Positions 1 through 10,001 of a DNA stretch of 64,000 bases are shown in pieces; the stretch's first letter is position 1; each line of letters starts with the position of its first letter. Origin of the DNA: a bacterium (GTDB lineage Bacteria > UBA8248 > JACPRG01 > G963555815). The DNA is taken from NCBI GenBank assembly GCA_965261595.1, contig CBDHDG010000007.1, positions 64,001 through 128,000 of the forward strand, given 5' to 3'. The notes beneath the pieces were generated by a model. The model ran no database searches. It worked only from the letters and a program-made list of their open reading frames with translations, and was not told where the DNA came from. The position numbers were made by a program, and so were the translations under genes.

Positions 1-2900
1 TGCGGTTCCGCCGCGGCTGGATGCTGGGCGACGGCACCGGATGCGGCAAGGGCCGCCAGGTCGCCGCCGTCATCCTCGATAACCGGCTCCGCGGCCGGCG
101 CCGCGCCCTCTGGCTCTCGGCCTCGGCCAACCTGCTGGAGGACGCACGGCGTGACTGGACCGCGATCGGCGGACGCGAGGACGACGTGATCTCCCTCGGC
201 AACCTCCGACAGGGGGCCAGGATCCCGCATGAGAGCGGCATCCTGTTCTGCACCTATGCTGCGCTGCGCGCGCCGGCCCGCCAGGGCAAGGCCTCGCGGC
301 TCGAGCAGATCGTGGGTTGGCTCGCCGGCGGAACGGATGAGAGCGACCGCCACGCATTCGACGGCGTGATCGTCTTCGACGAGTCCCACGCCATGGCCAA
401 TGCGGCCGGCTCCAAGGGGGCGCGCGGCGAGGTCAAGCCCTCGGCCCAGGGCCGCGCCGGTCTGCGTCTGCAGCACGCGCTGCCCGACGCGCGCATCGCC
501 TATGTCTCGGCCACCGGGGCCACCACCGTGCCCGGCCTCGCCTATGCCAGCCGGCTGGGCCTCTGGGGATCCGGGGACACGCCCTTCGAAACCCGGGGGG
601 ATTTCGTGTCGGCCATGGAATTGGGCGGCGTGGCCGCCATGGAGGTGGTCGCCCGGGACCTGAAGGCCCTCGGTCTCTATCAAGCCAGGGCCCTGGCCTA
701 TGACGGCGTCGAGGTCGACATCCTGGAGCACCCGCTGACGCCCGAGCAGCGGCGCATCTACGACGCCTATGCTGGCGCCTTCAAGGTCATCCACGCCAAC
801 CTCCAGGAGGCGCTCAAGGCCACCGGCATCATGGAGGGCGACTCGACGTTGAACAAGAACGCCAAGTCGGCGGCGCTCTCCGCCTTCGAGGGGGCCAAGC
901 AGCGTTTCTTCGGCCATCTGCTGACCGCCATGAAGTGTCCGTCCCTGATCCGCGCCGCCGAGGCCAATCTCGACGCCGGCCAATCGGCCGTGATCCAGCT
1001 CGTGTCCACGGGAGAGGCCCTGATGGAACGGCGCATCGCCGAGATCCCGCCATCCGAGTGGGACGACCTCAGCATCGATCTGACGCCCAGGGAGTCGGTT
1101 CTGGATTTTCTGGCGCACGCCTTCCCGGTGCAGCTCCAGGAGCCCTTCACCGACGAGGACGGGAACCTCATGAGCCGGCCCGTGTTCGACACCGACGGCA
1201 ACCCCGTGCTCTGCCGGGAGGCCCTCGCCAAACGCGACGCGCTGATCGAGAAGCTCGCGTCGCTCCCGCCCGTGCAGTCGGCCCTCGACCAGATCCTCCA
1301 CCACTTCGGCCATGACGCCGTGGCCGAGGTCACCGGCCGGTCCCGCCGGGTGCTCAGGATCGTGGAGGGTCAGGGCGAGCGCCTGGCGCTGCGCAGCCGG
1401 CCCGCCTCCGCCAGCCTCGTTGAGACCAGTGCCTTCATGGACGGGAAGAAGAAGATACTCGTCTTCTCCATGGCCGGCGGCACCGGGCGCAGCTACCACG
1501 CCGATCTCTCCTCGGCCAACAACGCCCGCCGCGTCCACTACCTGCTGGAGCCGGGCTGGCGGGCCGATCAGGCCATCCAGGGGCTCGGCCGCACCCACAG
1601 GACCCACCAGGCCTCCGCACCCCTGTTCCGGCCCGTGACCACGGACGTGAAGGGGGAGCGGAGATTCATCGCCACCATCGCGCGCCGGCTGGACTCCCTC
1701 GGCGCCATCACCCGGGGCCAGAGGGACTCACAGACCGCCATGGCCGGAGGCGACGCAACGCTCTTCCGCGCCAGCGATAACCTGGAGAGCCTCTACGCCA
1801 AGGCGGCGCTCCGTCAGTTCTACGGGGCCCTCTGGCGGGGCAGTATCCCCGGCTGGCCCCTCGACCGCTTCGAGGAGGCCACCGGCCTCACCCTCACCTG
1901 GGAGGGAACCCTCAAGGACGAGCTGCCACCCATGCCCAAGTTCCTGAACCGCCTGCTGGCCCTCCCCATCGACGAGCAGAACGCGCTCTTCGCCGAACTG
2001 GAGTCCCGCATCGAGTCCAATATCGAGCAGGCCATGGAGGCGGGGACCTGCGACATCGGCGTGGAGACCCTGCGCGCCGACTCGCTCGTTGAGGCCGGCC
2101 GCGAGACCCTCTACACCCACCCCGGGACCGGGGCTGCGACCGATCTCGTCGAGATCCTCCGCCGCGACCGGCTGGAGCCCACCACGGCCGACGCCGCGCT
2201 GGAGATCGGCGCCCAATCGGCCGGATCCCAGGGCAGCCCGGTGCTGATGGTCAATGCTCGCTCCAACCGCGCCGCCGCCGTCCTGCCCGCGCCGTCCAGG
2301 ATGCTCGACGACGGCGGGGTGCAGGAGCGGGTGCGCCTCCTCCGGCCCACGGCCCGGGAAGCCATGGCCAGGGCCGAGCTCGAGGCCTCGAACTGGCGCA
2401 GGGCCTCGGAGGGGGAGTGGCGTTCCCGCTGGGAGGAGGAGATCGCCGGCCTGCCGACCCATACGGAATCCCGCTTCTGGCTCGTTGCCGGGCTGCTCCT
2501 GCCGATCTGGGACCGGCTCGGAGTCGAGACCATGCGGGTGCGCCGGCTCTTCACCGATGCTGGCGAGCAGATGATCGGACACGTGCTCGATACCGAGCAG
2601 GCCCGGGCCGTGCGCATTGCCTTCGGACTCGCGGGCGGCCCTGCCATGACCGCGGACCAGGCCTGGGAGGCTGTCATGACACGCGGCGCGGCCTTTGCGC
2701 TCGCGGGCGGCTGGCGCCTCGCGCGCCGCCGCATCATGGGGGCCGACCGCGTCGAGATCGAGGGACCCGCTGATGGCGACATCGCCACGCTCAAGCGCCT
2801 GGGATGCACGGTGGAGATCGTCTCCTGGCGCTCCCGCGTGTTCGCGTCCCACGCCGCCGTTCTCGCCCGCGTGCTCGAACACCGGCCCCTCGCGGACTGA
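1..2900 (+). CDS. Strawberry notch-family SF2 helicase-like protein (ICE/plasmid type), 5'-partial
   Basis: Walker A-like GDGTGCGKGRQ, DESH Walker B, SATG, and C-terminal helicase motifs AGGTGRSYHA and QGLGRTHR. The frame is open from the window start (RFRRGW precedes the listed Met). Confidence 0.88.
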   Translation, partial: RFRRGWMLGDGTGCGKGRQVAAVILDNRLRGRRRALWLSASANLLEDARRDWTAIGGREDDVISLGNLRQGARIPHESGILFCTYAALRAPARQGKASRLEQIVGWLAGGTDESDRHAFDGVIVFDESHAMANAAGSKGARGEVKPSAQGRAGLRLQHALPDARIAYVSATGATTVPGLAYASRLGLWGSGDTPFETRGDFVSAMELGGVAAMEVVARDLKALGLYQARALAYDGVEVDILEHPLTPEQRRIYDAYAGAFKVIHANLQEALKATGIMEGDSTLNKNAKSAALSAFEGAKQRFFGHLLTAMKCPSLIRAAEANLDAGQSAVIQLVSTGEALMERRIAEIPPSEWDDLSIDLTPRESVLDFLAHAFPVQLQEPFTDEDGNLMSRPVFDTDGNPVLCREALAKRDALIEKLASLPPVQSALDQILHHFGHDAVAEVTGRSRRVLRIVEGQGERLALRSRPASASLVETSAFMDGKKKILVFSMAGGTGRSYHADLSSANNARRVHYLLEPGWRADQAIQGLGRTHRTHQASAPLFRPVTTDVKGERRFIATIARRLDSLGAITRGQRDSQTAMAGGDATLFRASDNLESLYAKAALRQFYGALWRGSIPGWPLDRFEEATGLTLTWEGTLKDELPPMPKFLNRLLALPIDEQNALFAELESRIESNIEQAMEAGTCDIGVETLRADSLVEAGRETLYTHPGTGAATDLVEILRRDRLEPTTADAALEIGAQSAGSQGSPVLMVNARSNRAAAVLPAPSRMLDDGGVQERVRLLRPTAREAMARAELEASNWRRASEGEWRSRWEEEIAGLPTHTESRFWLVAGLLLPIWDRLGVETMRVRRLFTDAGEQMIGHVLDTEQARAVRIAFGLAGGPAMTADQAWEAVMTRGAAFALAGGWRLARRRIMGADRVEIEGPADGDIATLKRLGCTVEIVSWRSRVFASHAAVLARVLEHRPLAD

Positions 2901-3033
2901 GCCGTCCATGGGTACGTGCCGCCGGCCGGCATACGTATGGCCGTCCCGGCGTCGTCCAGAACTCGTACTGCCGGGGGGGACCCGCACGTCTCCATCGCCG
3001 GCGCACCGCCGACCCCTCACGGGAGACCCACAC

Positions 3034-3288
3034 ATGACCGCGCACATCCTGCCGGAGAACCCGAACTACGCCTTCTGCCCGGCCTACGACCCCGAGAACG
3101 CGCCCCAGGAGATCCGGCTCGTCATCGACGGCATGAGCGGAACCATCCCCACCGCTCTGGTCGCCCTCACTCTCGAGGACGCCGAGCGCCTCTGTGACAT
3201 GCTCAATGCCCGACTCGGCCTCGACCGCGAGGCCTGGGCCGTCCTGGCCCGACGGGCCATGCGCCCGGAGGGCCGCAGACGACACTGA
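3034..3288 (+). CDS. Hypothetical protein (84 aa)
   Basis: ATG 3034 after GGGAGA RBS; GC3-rich codon usage; co-oriented with neighbours. Confidence 0.6.
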   Translation: MTAHILPENPNYAFCPAYDPENAPQEIRLVIDGMSGTIPTALVALTLEDAERLCDMLNARLGLDREAWAVLARRAMRPEGRRRH

Positions 3289-3329
3289 TGCCGGTTGTCC
3301 GGAACGGTCCGGAGCGGGAGAATACGGTC

Positions 3330-4091
3330 ATGAAGACACCCCGCGTACCGGGCCTCCGGACGATGACGGCGCTGATCATGGGCGCCGCCATCATCATGGC
3401 AGCCGCCGTGGCGTTCGACCGGACGCCCGAGACCTGGCGTGGCCTCGTCGTCGCGCCCGAGCACCGGTGCGCGCCCTACAGACGTTCCGACTATCCCTAC
3501 CCGCCCTCGGTCGAGGCCCGGATCGTCGCCGCCCAGGGCGGGCGTGTGTACGGGCCCTATACGGGACGCACCTTCTCCGATACCCGCCGGACCGACATCG
3601 AACACATCGTTGCCGCGTCCGAGGCCCATGACAGCGGTCTCTGCGCGCAAAGCGCGGCGGCGCGCCGTCGTTTTGCAACAGACCTGCTCAACCTGACGCT
3701 GGCGGCGCCCGAGGTGAACCGCTGCGGCGCCGGAGGCAAGTGCGGCCTTGACGCCGGGGAATGGCTGCCCCGGGTCAACCGCTGCTGGTTCGCCGGCCGC
3801 GTGGTCGCGGTCCGGACGAAGTACCGCCTCACCATCGACCGTCGCGAGACGGATGCGCTGGATCCGGTGCTCTCGGGCTGCGCCTCCACCGAGATGGTCT
3901 TCTTTGCCGGTCCGTCGCCGAAGGCCCCTTTGCCCGGCGGTCCCGAACCGTTGCGCTTGTGGGACGATAACGGCGACGGTCGCATCACCTGCCGGGAGGC
4001 GCGGCAGCACCGCATCGCCCCGGTCCCACGCAGCCACCCCGCCTATCCGTTCATGAGAGACCGCGACCGCGACGGCGTCGTCTGCGAATAA
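3330..4091 (+). CDS. Secreted DUF1524/HNH-like nuclease with C-terminal Excalibur Ca-binding domain
   Basis: Hydrophobic N-terminal signal; DIEHIV..EAHDSG and FATDLLNL...VNR...K motifs; C-terminal DDNGDGRITC...DRDRDGVVCE. Confidence 0.75.
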   Translation: MKTPRVPGLRTMTALIMGAAIIMAAAVAFDRTPETWRGLVVAPEHRCAPYRRSDYPYPPSVEARIVAAQGGRVYGPYTGRTFSDTRRTDIEHIVAASEAHDSGLCAQSAAARRRFATDLLNLTLAAPEVNRCGAGGKCGLDAGEWLPRVNRCWFAGRVVAVRTKYRLTIDRRETDALDPVLSGCASTEMVFFAGPSPKAPLPGGPEPLRLWDDNGDGRITCREARQHRIAPVPRSHPAYPFMRDRDRDGVVCE

Positions 4092-4312
4092 ACGTACTGC
4101 ATTGACCGCTGACGACTGAGGACACGGTCCTGGTTCCGGACCGTAGGGCGCACTCACATCCCGCGACCGACCCATCATCCACACCATCATCGGTTGACCC
4201 CCCTTGGAGAGGACGAGTCGGGCAAGGGCCGGGCGAACGCCCGGCAGGGAAGAGGGAGACGGTCTCCCGGTTCCGATGCCGGGAACGGCAACCCGGAACA
4301 GGAGGCCAGCCC

Positions 4313-4453
4313 ATGATCGACCGTGACTTCGAACCCGACATCCCGACCCATGACGAACTGCTCGCCGAGATCGGCCTCGATTCCCACACCATCCGCAGGA
4401 TCCTCACCGAAGCGGTCCATGCCGACACCGGAGAAGGAGAGGAGCTTTCATAG
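4313..4453 (+). CDS. Small acidic hypothetical protein (46 aa, MIDRDFEPDIPTHDELL...)
   Basis: GGAGG RBS before ATG 4313; open to TAG 4451-4453; below the ORF-track cutoff. Confidence 0.5.
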   Translation: MIDRDFEPDIPTHDELLAEIGLDSHTIRRILTEAVHADTGEGEELS

Positions 4454-4539
4454 GGTGAACCGAAGGGGCCGGAGAGAGAGGCTCTCCCCCCTTCCATCAC
4501 CCGTTGTCTTCCACACCCTCACGCAGAAGGAGAACCGTC

Positions 4540-4965
4540 ATGGCATTCGGACTCAATCGCGCTGAAGTGATCGGCCGCCTCGGCGCCGACGTCACCGTCA
4601 ACCACCTCACCAGCGGCGGACGCGTGGCCAACCTGTCGATCGCCACCGACGAGGGCTACATCGACAAGCAGACCGGAGACCGGGTCGACAAGACCGAGTG
4701 GCACCGGGTCGTGACCTTCCAGCCCGGGCTGGTGGACATGTTCGAGAAGCACGCGACGAAGGGCCGGCTGGTCTATGTGGCGGGCAAGCTGCAGACCCGT
4801 CGCTGGAAGAAGGACGACGAGGACTCCGACCGGTTCTCCACCGAGATCCTGCTGGTTCCGGGCGGGCGCGTGCAGTTCCTCGACAAGCCCAACGGCAACG
4901 GCGCGCCGGTCGCGGAGGCGGAGACGCCGTCCGCCGAAGCGCCCATCGACGACATCCCGTTCTGA
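4540..4965 (+). CDS. ssb: Single-stranded DNA-binding protein
   Basis: LNRAEVIGRLGAD, TEWHRV, KGRLVYVAGKLQTRRW; acidic tail DDIPF; AAGGAG RBS. Confidence 0.95.
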   Translation: MAFGLNRAEVIGRLGADVTVNHLTSGGRVANLSIATDEGYIDKQTGDRVDKTEWHRVVTFQPGLVDMFEKHATKGRLVYVAGKLQTRRWKKDDEDSDRFSTEILLVPGGRVQFLDKPNGNGAPVAEAETPSAEAPIDDIPF

Positions 4966-4993
4966 GCGCGCATTCCGTTTCCTCTCTCTACCT

Positions 4994-5024
4994 GGGCCGG
5001 CGCTTCGCGCGTCGGCCCTTTTTC
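4994..5024 (+). terminator. Rho-independent terminator after ssb
   Basis: GGGCCGGCGC...GCGTCGGCCC stem followed by a T run. Confidence 0.55.
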
Positions 5025-5159
5025 TTGCTGCCCGTTCCGAGACAGCGCCTGTTCGGGCCTCGCGCCAGCGCTGCGCGCGGCGCTTCGTCCTCCGGCGCCG
5101 GCCGGAGGCGGAGGCCGGCCGGTATCGGGCCTTCCCCGTTCATCCAGAGGAGGCCCGTC

Positions 5160-6191
5160 ATGCCGCCCCCATCGTCCCGTCCCGCATCGCCCGCCGCCGA
5201 CATCGCCGCCGCGCTCGGCGCGTGCGCCGAGGCCGTCTGCCGGCGTTACCTGCCCCAGGGCAAAAAGCAGGGCCGGTACTGGGTCGCCGGCGATCTCGAA
5301 GGCGCTCGCGGCCGCACGCTCTTCGTCCGCCTGCACGGTCCCGGCGTCCCCGGGAAGTGGACCGACGCGGCCACCGGAGAGCACGGCGACCTGCTCGATC
5401 TCGTCCGGCATCGCTCGGGCGCGCCGACGCTTCGCGCGGCGCTCGCCGAGGCCCGCGCCTTCCTCGCCCTGCCGGCTCCGCCGGCGTCGGGCGAGGGCTA
5501 CGACGCAACAGAAGCGGCCCGCCGCCTCTGGCGGCGTTGCCGCGCCATCGGCGGCACCCATGCCGAAGCCTACCTCCACGCCCGCGGGCTCGCGCGCTGC
5601 CGGTTCCCGGCATTGCGCTTCCATCCCGAGCTTCGCTATCGCGAAGGCTCTTCCCTGCACCGTTTTCCGGCGCTGGTCGCCGCCGTGACCGGCGACGACG
5701 GCGCCATCCACGGCGTGCAGCGCACCTGGCTCGATCCGCGCTTGCCCGCCAAGGCGGACGTCGCGGCCCCGCGCAAGGCGCTCGGCCGCATCCACGGACG
5801 CGCCGTGTGCTTCGGCAGGCCCGCCGACGGCGCTTCGCTGCTCGTCGGCGAAGGCATCGAGACGGTGCTGTCGATAGTCACCGCGGCGCCCGGGGTCATT
5901 TCGGCGGCCGCGCTCTCGGCCGGAAGCCTCGGCGCCTTCGTGCCGCCTGGCGGGCTCAAACGGCTCGTCATCGCCCGCGACAACGATTCCGAGGGGGAGC
6001 GGGCCGCCCAACGCCTCGCCCGGCGCTGCGCGCGGGCGGGCGTCGCCGCCCACGTCATCGTCTCCGAATACGGCGACTTCAACGACGACCTCGTTACTCT
6101 CGGACCCCGGGCCCTGGCCCTTCGGCTCGCCGCCCTGTTCCCCGCGCCGCAGCGGGTCGGAGAGAGGGAGGGAAGAGCGGGGGAGGGATGA
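5160..6191 (+). CDS. Toprim-domain DNA primase-like protein (ICE/plasmid type)
   Basis: N-terminal GKWTDAATGEHGDLLDL; toprim VGEGIET, IARDND and DFNDDL; GAGGAGG RBS. Confidence 0.85.
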   Translation: MPPPSSRPASPAADIAAALGACAEAVCRRYLPQGKKQGRYWVAGDLEGARGRTLFVRLHGPGVPGKWTDAATGEHGDLLDLVRHRSGAPTLRAALAEARAFLALPAPPASGEGYDATEAARRLWRRCRAIGGTHAEAYLHARGLARCRFPALRFHPELRYREGSSLHRFPALVAAVTGDDGAIHGVQRTWLDPRLPAKADVAAPRKALGRIHGRAVCFGRPADGASLLVGEGIETVLSIVTAAPGVISAAALSAGSLGAFVPPGGLKRLVIARDNDSEGERAAQRLARRCARAGVAAHVIVSEYGDFNDDLVTLGPRALALRLAALFPAPQRVGEREGRAGEG

Positions 6192-6214
6192 ACGGCTCCA
6201 AAGGAGAAGAGAGC

Positions 6215-6549
6215 ATGGCGCACATCGTCAATCTCAGGCATGCGCCCGCCCTGCGGGCGGCGCTCGACGGCAAGGCGGAGCACGGCGGGACCGTGCGGAT
6301 CGACCGCCTCTCTCAATGGGGAAACCGGTTCCGCATCGGCCCGGACGGACCGCGCGATGAAGTGATCGCGCGCTATCGCGCCGATCTCTGGCGCCGCATT
6401 CGCGCCGCCGAGGTCGGGCTCGACGAACTCGCCGCCCTCACGGAAAGCCGCTGGCCTGCTGGTGCGCGCCGCTGCCCTGCCATGGGCAGGTCCTCGCCCG
6501 CGCCGCGGCATGGGCGGCCTCCGTTCTGGCGGAACGGAGGGGAGAGTGA
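6215..6549 (+). pseudogene. DUF4326-domain protein, frameshifted near 6440
   Basis: RIDRLSQWGNRF..EVIARY in one frame and GKPLACWCAPLPCHGQVL in another; one missing base at ~6440. Confidence 0.75.
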
Positions 6550-6624
6550 AGCGGGAGAGGGGCGAACGCCGCGAGGAGGGAGAGAGAGGGCCCCGGGCAT
6601 CTGCAACACGGAAGGAGAACCGAA

Positions 6625-6738
6625 ATGCAATCCGTTACCTTGAGGAGCATCGCCCCGTACGAGTCGAGGCTCTACCACGATGGCAATCTCGCCTGCGAGG
6701 TTGCGGAGCCACTCGTCGATACGCGTCCGTTGCGGTGA
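6625..6738 (+). CDS. Small hypothetical protein (37 aa)
   Basis: AAGGAGA RBS before ATG 6625; stop at 6736-6738. Confidence 0.35.
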   Translation: MQSVTLRSIAPYESRLYHDGNLACEVAEPLVDTRPLR

Positions 6739-7145
6739 CGGGCCATGCCGTCTTCGGGCGATCCCTTCGGGCCGGGCTCCCCGCTGCAATCTCCGCTCCG
6801 CTCCGATTTGCGCTTCTATCCCTATCGCCTCCGCTCGCTGGCGCTCGCTGCGCGCTACGCTTGCCGGGCCGGCGCCCGAGACCCGGGTCTCAATCCCGGA
6901 ACCGCACAGGGCGTCCGGGACAGTGACAAACAATATCCCTCTCGACGTGATGGCCCATTGTCCCACACGTGCTCGCTGCGCCAACCCCGCCTCCGGCGGG
7001 GTCCTCCTCTTCGTTCCGGCCCTGGCTCGCAAGGCTACGGTGGCTTTGCAGCGCGCGCGTGGGCCACTCAACCATCACGTTCGGAGACTCTCTCCGCACA
7101 ACGAACCATAACGGTTCTCTACACTCAATCCATAAGGAGAGCATC

Positions 7146-8069
7146 ATGCACGATATCGACAACATCTCAGAACAGAACCAGTCCGTCACCGCCACCGTCT
7201 GCGAGCAGGCGGCTCTCTTCGGCGCGACTCCAGAGCGCGACGAATTCGACAACCGGGAGGTCTGGGACCCGGAGAACGCCCTCTCCGCCGTCACGGAAGC
7301 CTTCCGCATCATGGCACACGGCGTCGCCCCCGACGGAACGCAACTCGCCGACGAGCGCGAGAGCCTGCTCTGGGGCTTCGTCAACATGCTCGACGCCCAG
7401 ACCCAACGCCTCGACCGCGCGGCCGACAGGCTCCTCCCCGACATGCGCGACCTCCAGCGAGAGCAGGACGGCTCGGAGATCCGGTCCCGAGAGCTCGAAC
7501 TCGTCACCGACCGAACCAAGAACCTCACGGACCGGCGAGACGCCTTCGAGCAACTCAGAGATGCAGCGGCCGAGGCCTACCGGGTCGAGACCGGAGACCT
7601 CTGGCGGCCCCGGCGCGGGTCCCACACCTCCCAGACCGGCAAGCTCACTTCGGCCATGATCGACGCCCGAGACTTCCAGCGTGCCCGCAGGGACCGCGAG
7701 AACAAGGCGCTCCTGCCCCAGGGAACGCTCGTCGCGGTGGCAGGCGGCAAGCACGCCGGCGACGCAGGCGCCATCATCCGCACCCTCGAGAAGCTCAAGG
7801 CCAAGTACGACGATGTGGTCCTGGTCCACGGCGGCGGCCCCGGCGTCGAGAAGATCGCGGCCAAGTGGGCGGACCGCAACGGCGTCCATCAGATCGTCTG
7901 CAAGCCCAACTGGGACGCACACGGACGCGCGGCGCCATTCCGGCGCAATGACGAACTGCTCGATCTCCTCCCCAAGGGCGTCATCGCGTTCCCGGGTTCC
8001 GGCATCACCGACAATCTGGTCGACAAGGCGCGCAAGCTCGGTATCCCGGTCCAGTGCGTCGCCGCCTGA
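7146..8069 (+). CDS. DUF2493 / YspA-like SLOG-domain protein
   Basis: WRPRRGSHTS and SAMIDARDF; SLOG-like VAVAGG, VLVHGG.PGVEKIAAKWA, AAPFRRND, IAFPGSGIT; TAAGGAG RBS. Confidence 0.85.
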   Translation: MHDIDNISEQNQSVTATVCEQAALFGATPERDEFDNREVWDPENALSAVTEAFRIMAHGVAPDGTQLADERESLLWGFVNMLDAQTQRLDRAADRLLPDMRDLQREQDGSEIRSRELELVTDRTKNLTDRRDAFEQLRDAAAEAYRVETGDLWRPRRGSHTSQTGKLTSAMIDARDFQRARRDRENKALLPQGTLVAVAGGKHAGDAGAIIRTLEKLKAKYDDVVLVHGGGPGVEKIAAKWADRNGVHQIVCKPNWDAHGRAAPFRRNDELLDLLPKGVIAFPGSGITDNLVDKARKLGIPVQCVAA

Positions 8070-8082
8070 TCCGAACGACCTC

Positions 8083-8123
8083 GCGGGTCGCGTCGCCACC
8101 CGGCGGCGCGGCCCGTTCTTCTT
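8083..8123 (+). terminator. Rho-independent terminator after DUF2493 gene
   Basis: GCGGGTCGCGTCGCC / GGCGGCGCGGCCCGT stem followed by TTCTTCTT. Confidence 0.5.
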
Positions 8124-8751
8124 CCGCGTTGCCCGCTGCCGCACCGCCCGCCGCTCTTCGCACCGCACCGGTGCGAACCCCACTGCTCGCACCGCCCCGC
8201 ACTGCTCCATGCACCATGCTCCGCACGGCCACCCGCTCAATCGCCGCGGCGGCTCCCCCGCGCGTCCCGCGCCCGCGGAGATCCCCTCTTCGCTCGTTCC
8301 TCACATTCTGGTCTGTCGGACGCCGGTCGGCGCTTTTACTCTCACACCTGACGCAGCAGGCTGCATGTGTACTCCCTGCGCGCGCTTGTCCTGCATTCCT
8401 GTGCGCAATCAACGACCTGCGGCGACTCCGTGATGCCGGCAAAAGTCCTACCAATCTGGTAGCTCGGGGGTATGCGGCGCTATCTCACTGATATTATTAC
8501 ATTTATTCAAGTGCGCATCGCGCCCGGAGTTCGAGTGAGATCTCAAGCGGCATACGCCCGATACCAGACTGGTCGCGCGCGGATCCGCGCTGCGCTATGA
8601 TGGCTACCAATTCGGTGGTTCATGAGGTCGCATCATTCGGAGGCCTTCACAGTCCGGGACGAGGGCGTCCGGTGTCCAGGAGCAAGGACCATTTCGGTCG
8701 TTTCCTGGACCAAAATGGACTGAAGTCTTCACAAAAGGATCGGCAGAACGG

Positions 8752-9093
8752 ATGGCTCAGACACTGCAAAAGAACATTCGGGCCACGCCCGGGCAATGGA
8801 AGAGGATCGAAAAAGAGGCGGAGGAGCGGGGGATGTCGGCAAACCAACTCGTGGTCGAGCTCGCGATGGAGGCTCTCGACCACAGGCAGTGGCCCCGCAC
8901 GGAGCATGAAATCCAGCTCCTTCGGTCGGCCATGTTCGCGGCCCAGGCCATGGCCCGCGACATGGAGAGGGCCGGACGAGGGGACGAGGTCGAGGAAATC
9001 AGCAGGAATATATCCGAAGTCGCGCCGGAATTGCCGGGCGGGTCGGCGAAGGACTTGCGGGATCGGGCGCTTTCGGCCAGCGGCAATGCGTGA
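8752..9093 (+). CDS. Ribbon-helix-helix-like protein (possible relaxosome accessory)
   Basis: N-terminal QKNIRATPGQWKRIEKEAEERGMSANQLVVELAMEAL has a beta-helix-helix pattern. Confidence 0.55.
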   Translation: MAQTLQKNIRATPGQWKRIEKEAEERGMSANQLVVELAMEALDHRQWPRTEHEIQLLRSAMFAAQAMARDMERAGRGDEVEEISRNISEVAPELPGGSAKDLRDRALSASGNA

Positions 9094-9399
9094 GTTGATG
9101 TCCCCGATCCAGTGATCGAGACTCGAAAGAATGTCAAAGATCGCGAATCAGTGACAAAGAGTCGAAAGGTGTGGGTCGTCGCATGATCATCCTTGTGTGA
9201 ACGTGATTTATGACCTGCAGAATATCCGGCCACGCCTGTTATAGATTAAGAAGTGGATTTTCAATATGGTCGTTCCTGATCTCGGTGATGACAACTTATG
9301 CGACCAAGAAGCGGAGTTCGCTTCCTTGCCTTGCCCATTGGAGGAGAGGCGATAGTCTGTGCCCGTCATCGGAGGGTGCGTGGCATTCCACTGTTCTCG

Positions 9400-9858
9400 T
9401 TAAAAGTCTTCGAGTGCTGTCGCAATTGCATCGCATACTTCTTCCGGAAAGAAAAATAGTCGTTGCCCAATGTGTTCTTTGAAATCCCCTGACCTTTGCC
9501 CCTGTTCTACCCTAATCGGATATCTAGCGTCGACTGCGTCGGCCAACGAGGCACTGGACGCCCGAACGGTCAATAGCCCACCTGACGGCGCATTGTCCTT
9601 TTTGTGCAAAGCACTGAAGAGGACAGCCCTACTGCCATGCCGAAAGCGTTCGCATTCATGGGAAATATCAGATATCAGTCGGTCTTCGCTTGGGGCGTCT
9701 CGTAAATAGAATCTGAACGGGTCCTTTTGGTGAAGCCGTTGCTGCTCAAAGAAATTCGGGATATGTGGAATGCGGCCAACTGTGGACGGCGGATCCGGCG
9801 GCGCCCACTCGGGCTCGAGATAGGACCGGACGATATCAATGCCGGATAAGGCCGCCAA
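9400..9858 (-). CDS. Hypothetical protein or gene remnant, lower GC
   Basis: 152-aa ORF with a TTG start; no recognisable motif. Confidence 0.3.
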   Translation of the reverse strand: MAALSGIDIVRSYLEPEWAPPDPPSTVGRIPHIPNFFEQQRLHQKDPFRFYLRDAPSEDRLISDISHECERFRHGSRAVLFSALHKKDNAPSGGLLTVRASSASLADAVDARYPIRVEQGQRSGDFKEHIGQRLFFFPEEVCDAIATALEDF

Positions 9859-10001
9859 TGGCGATTTGTCCGGGGCGCGAGCCGGGAGACCATCGATTAG
9901 TGTGTGGGATGGGTCTGGGATGGCGTCAGACCTTGACTTTGCGCTTTAGCCGTATGTTTCTCACAACCAGGAGGGGGGGATACCCGACCTCGTGCCTCAA
10001 T

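Noticed and set aside
9400..10001. Continuation of the RM gene beyond IS1380
   Set aside because: No MTase motifs, in-frame stops near the IS end, and no TSD.
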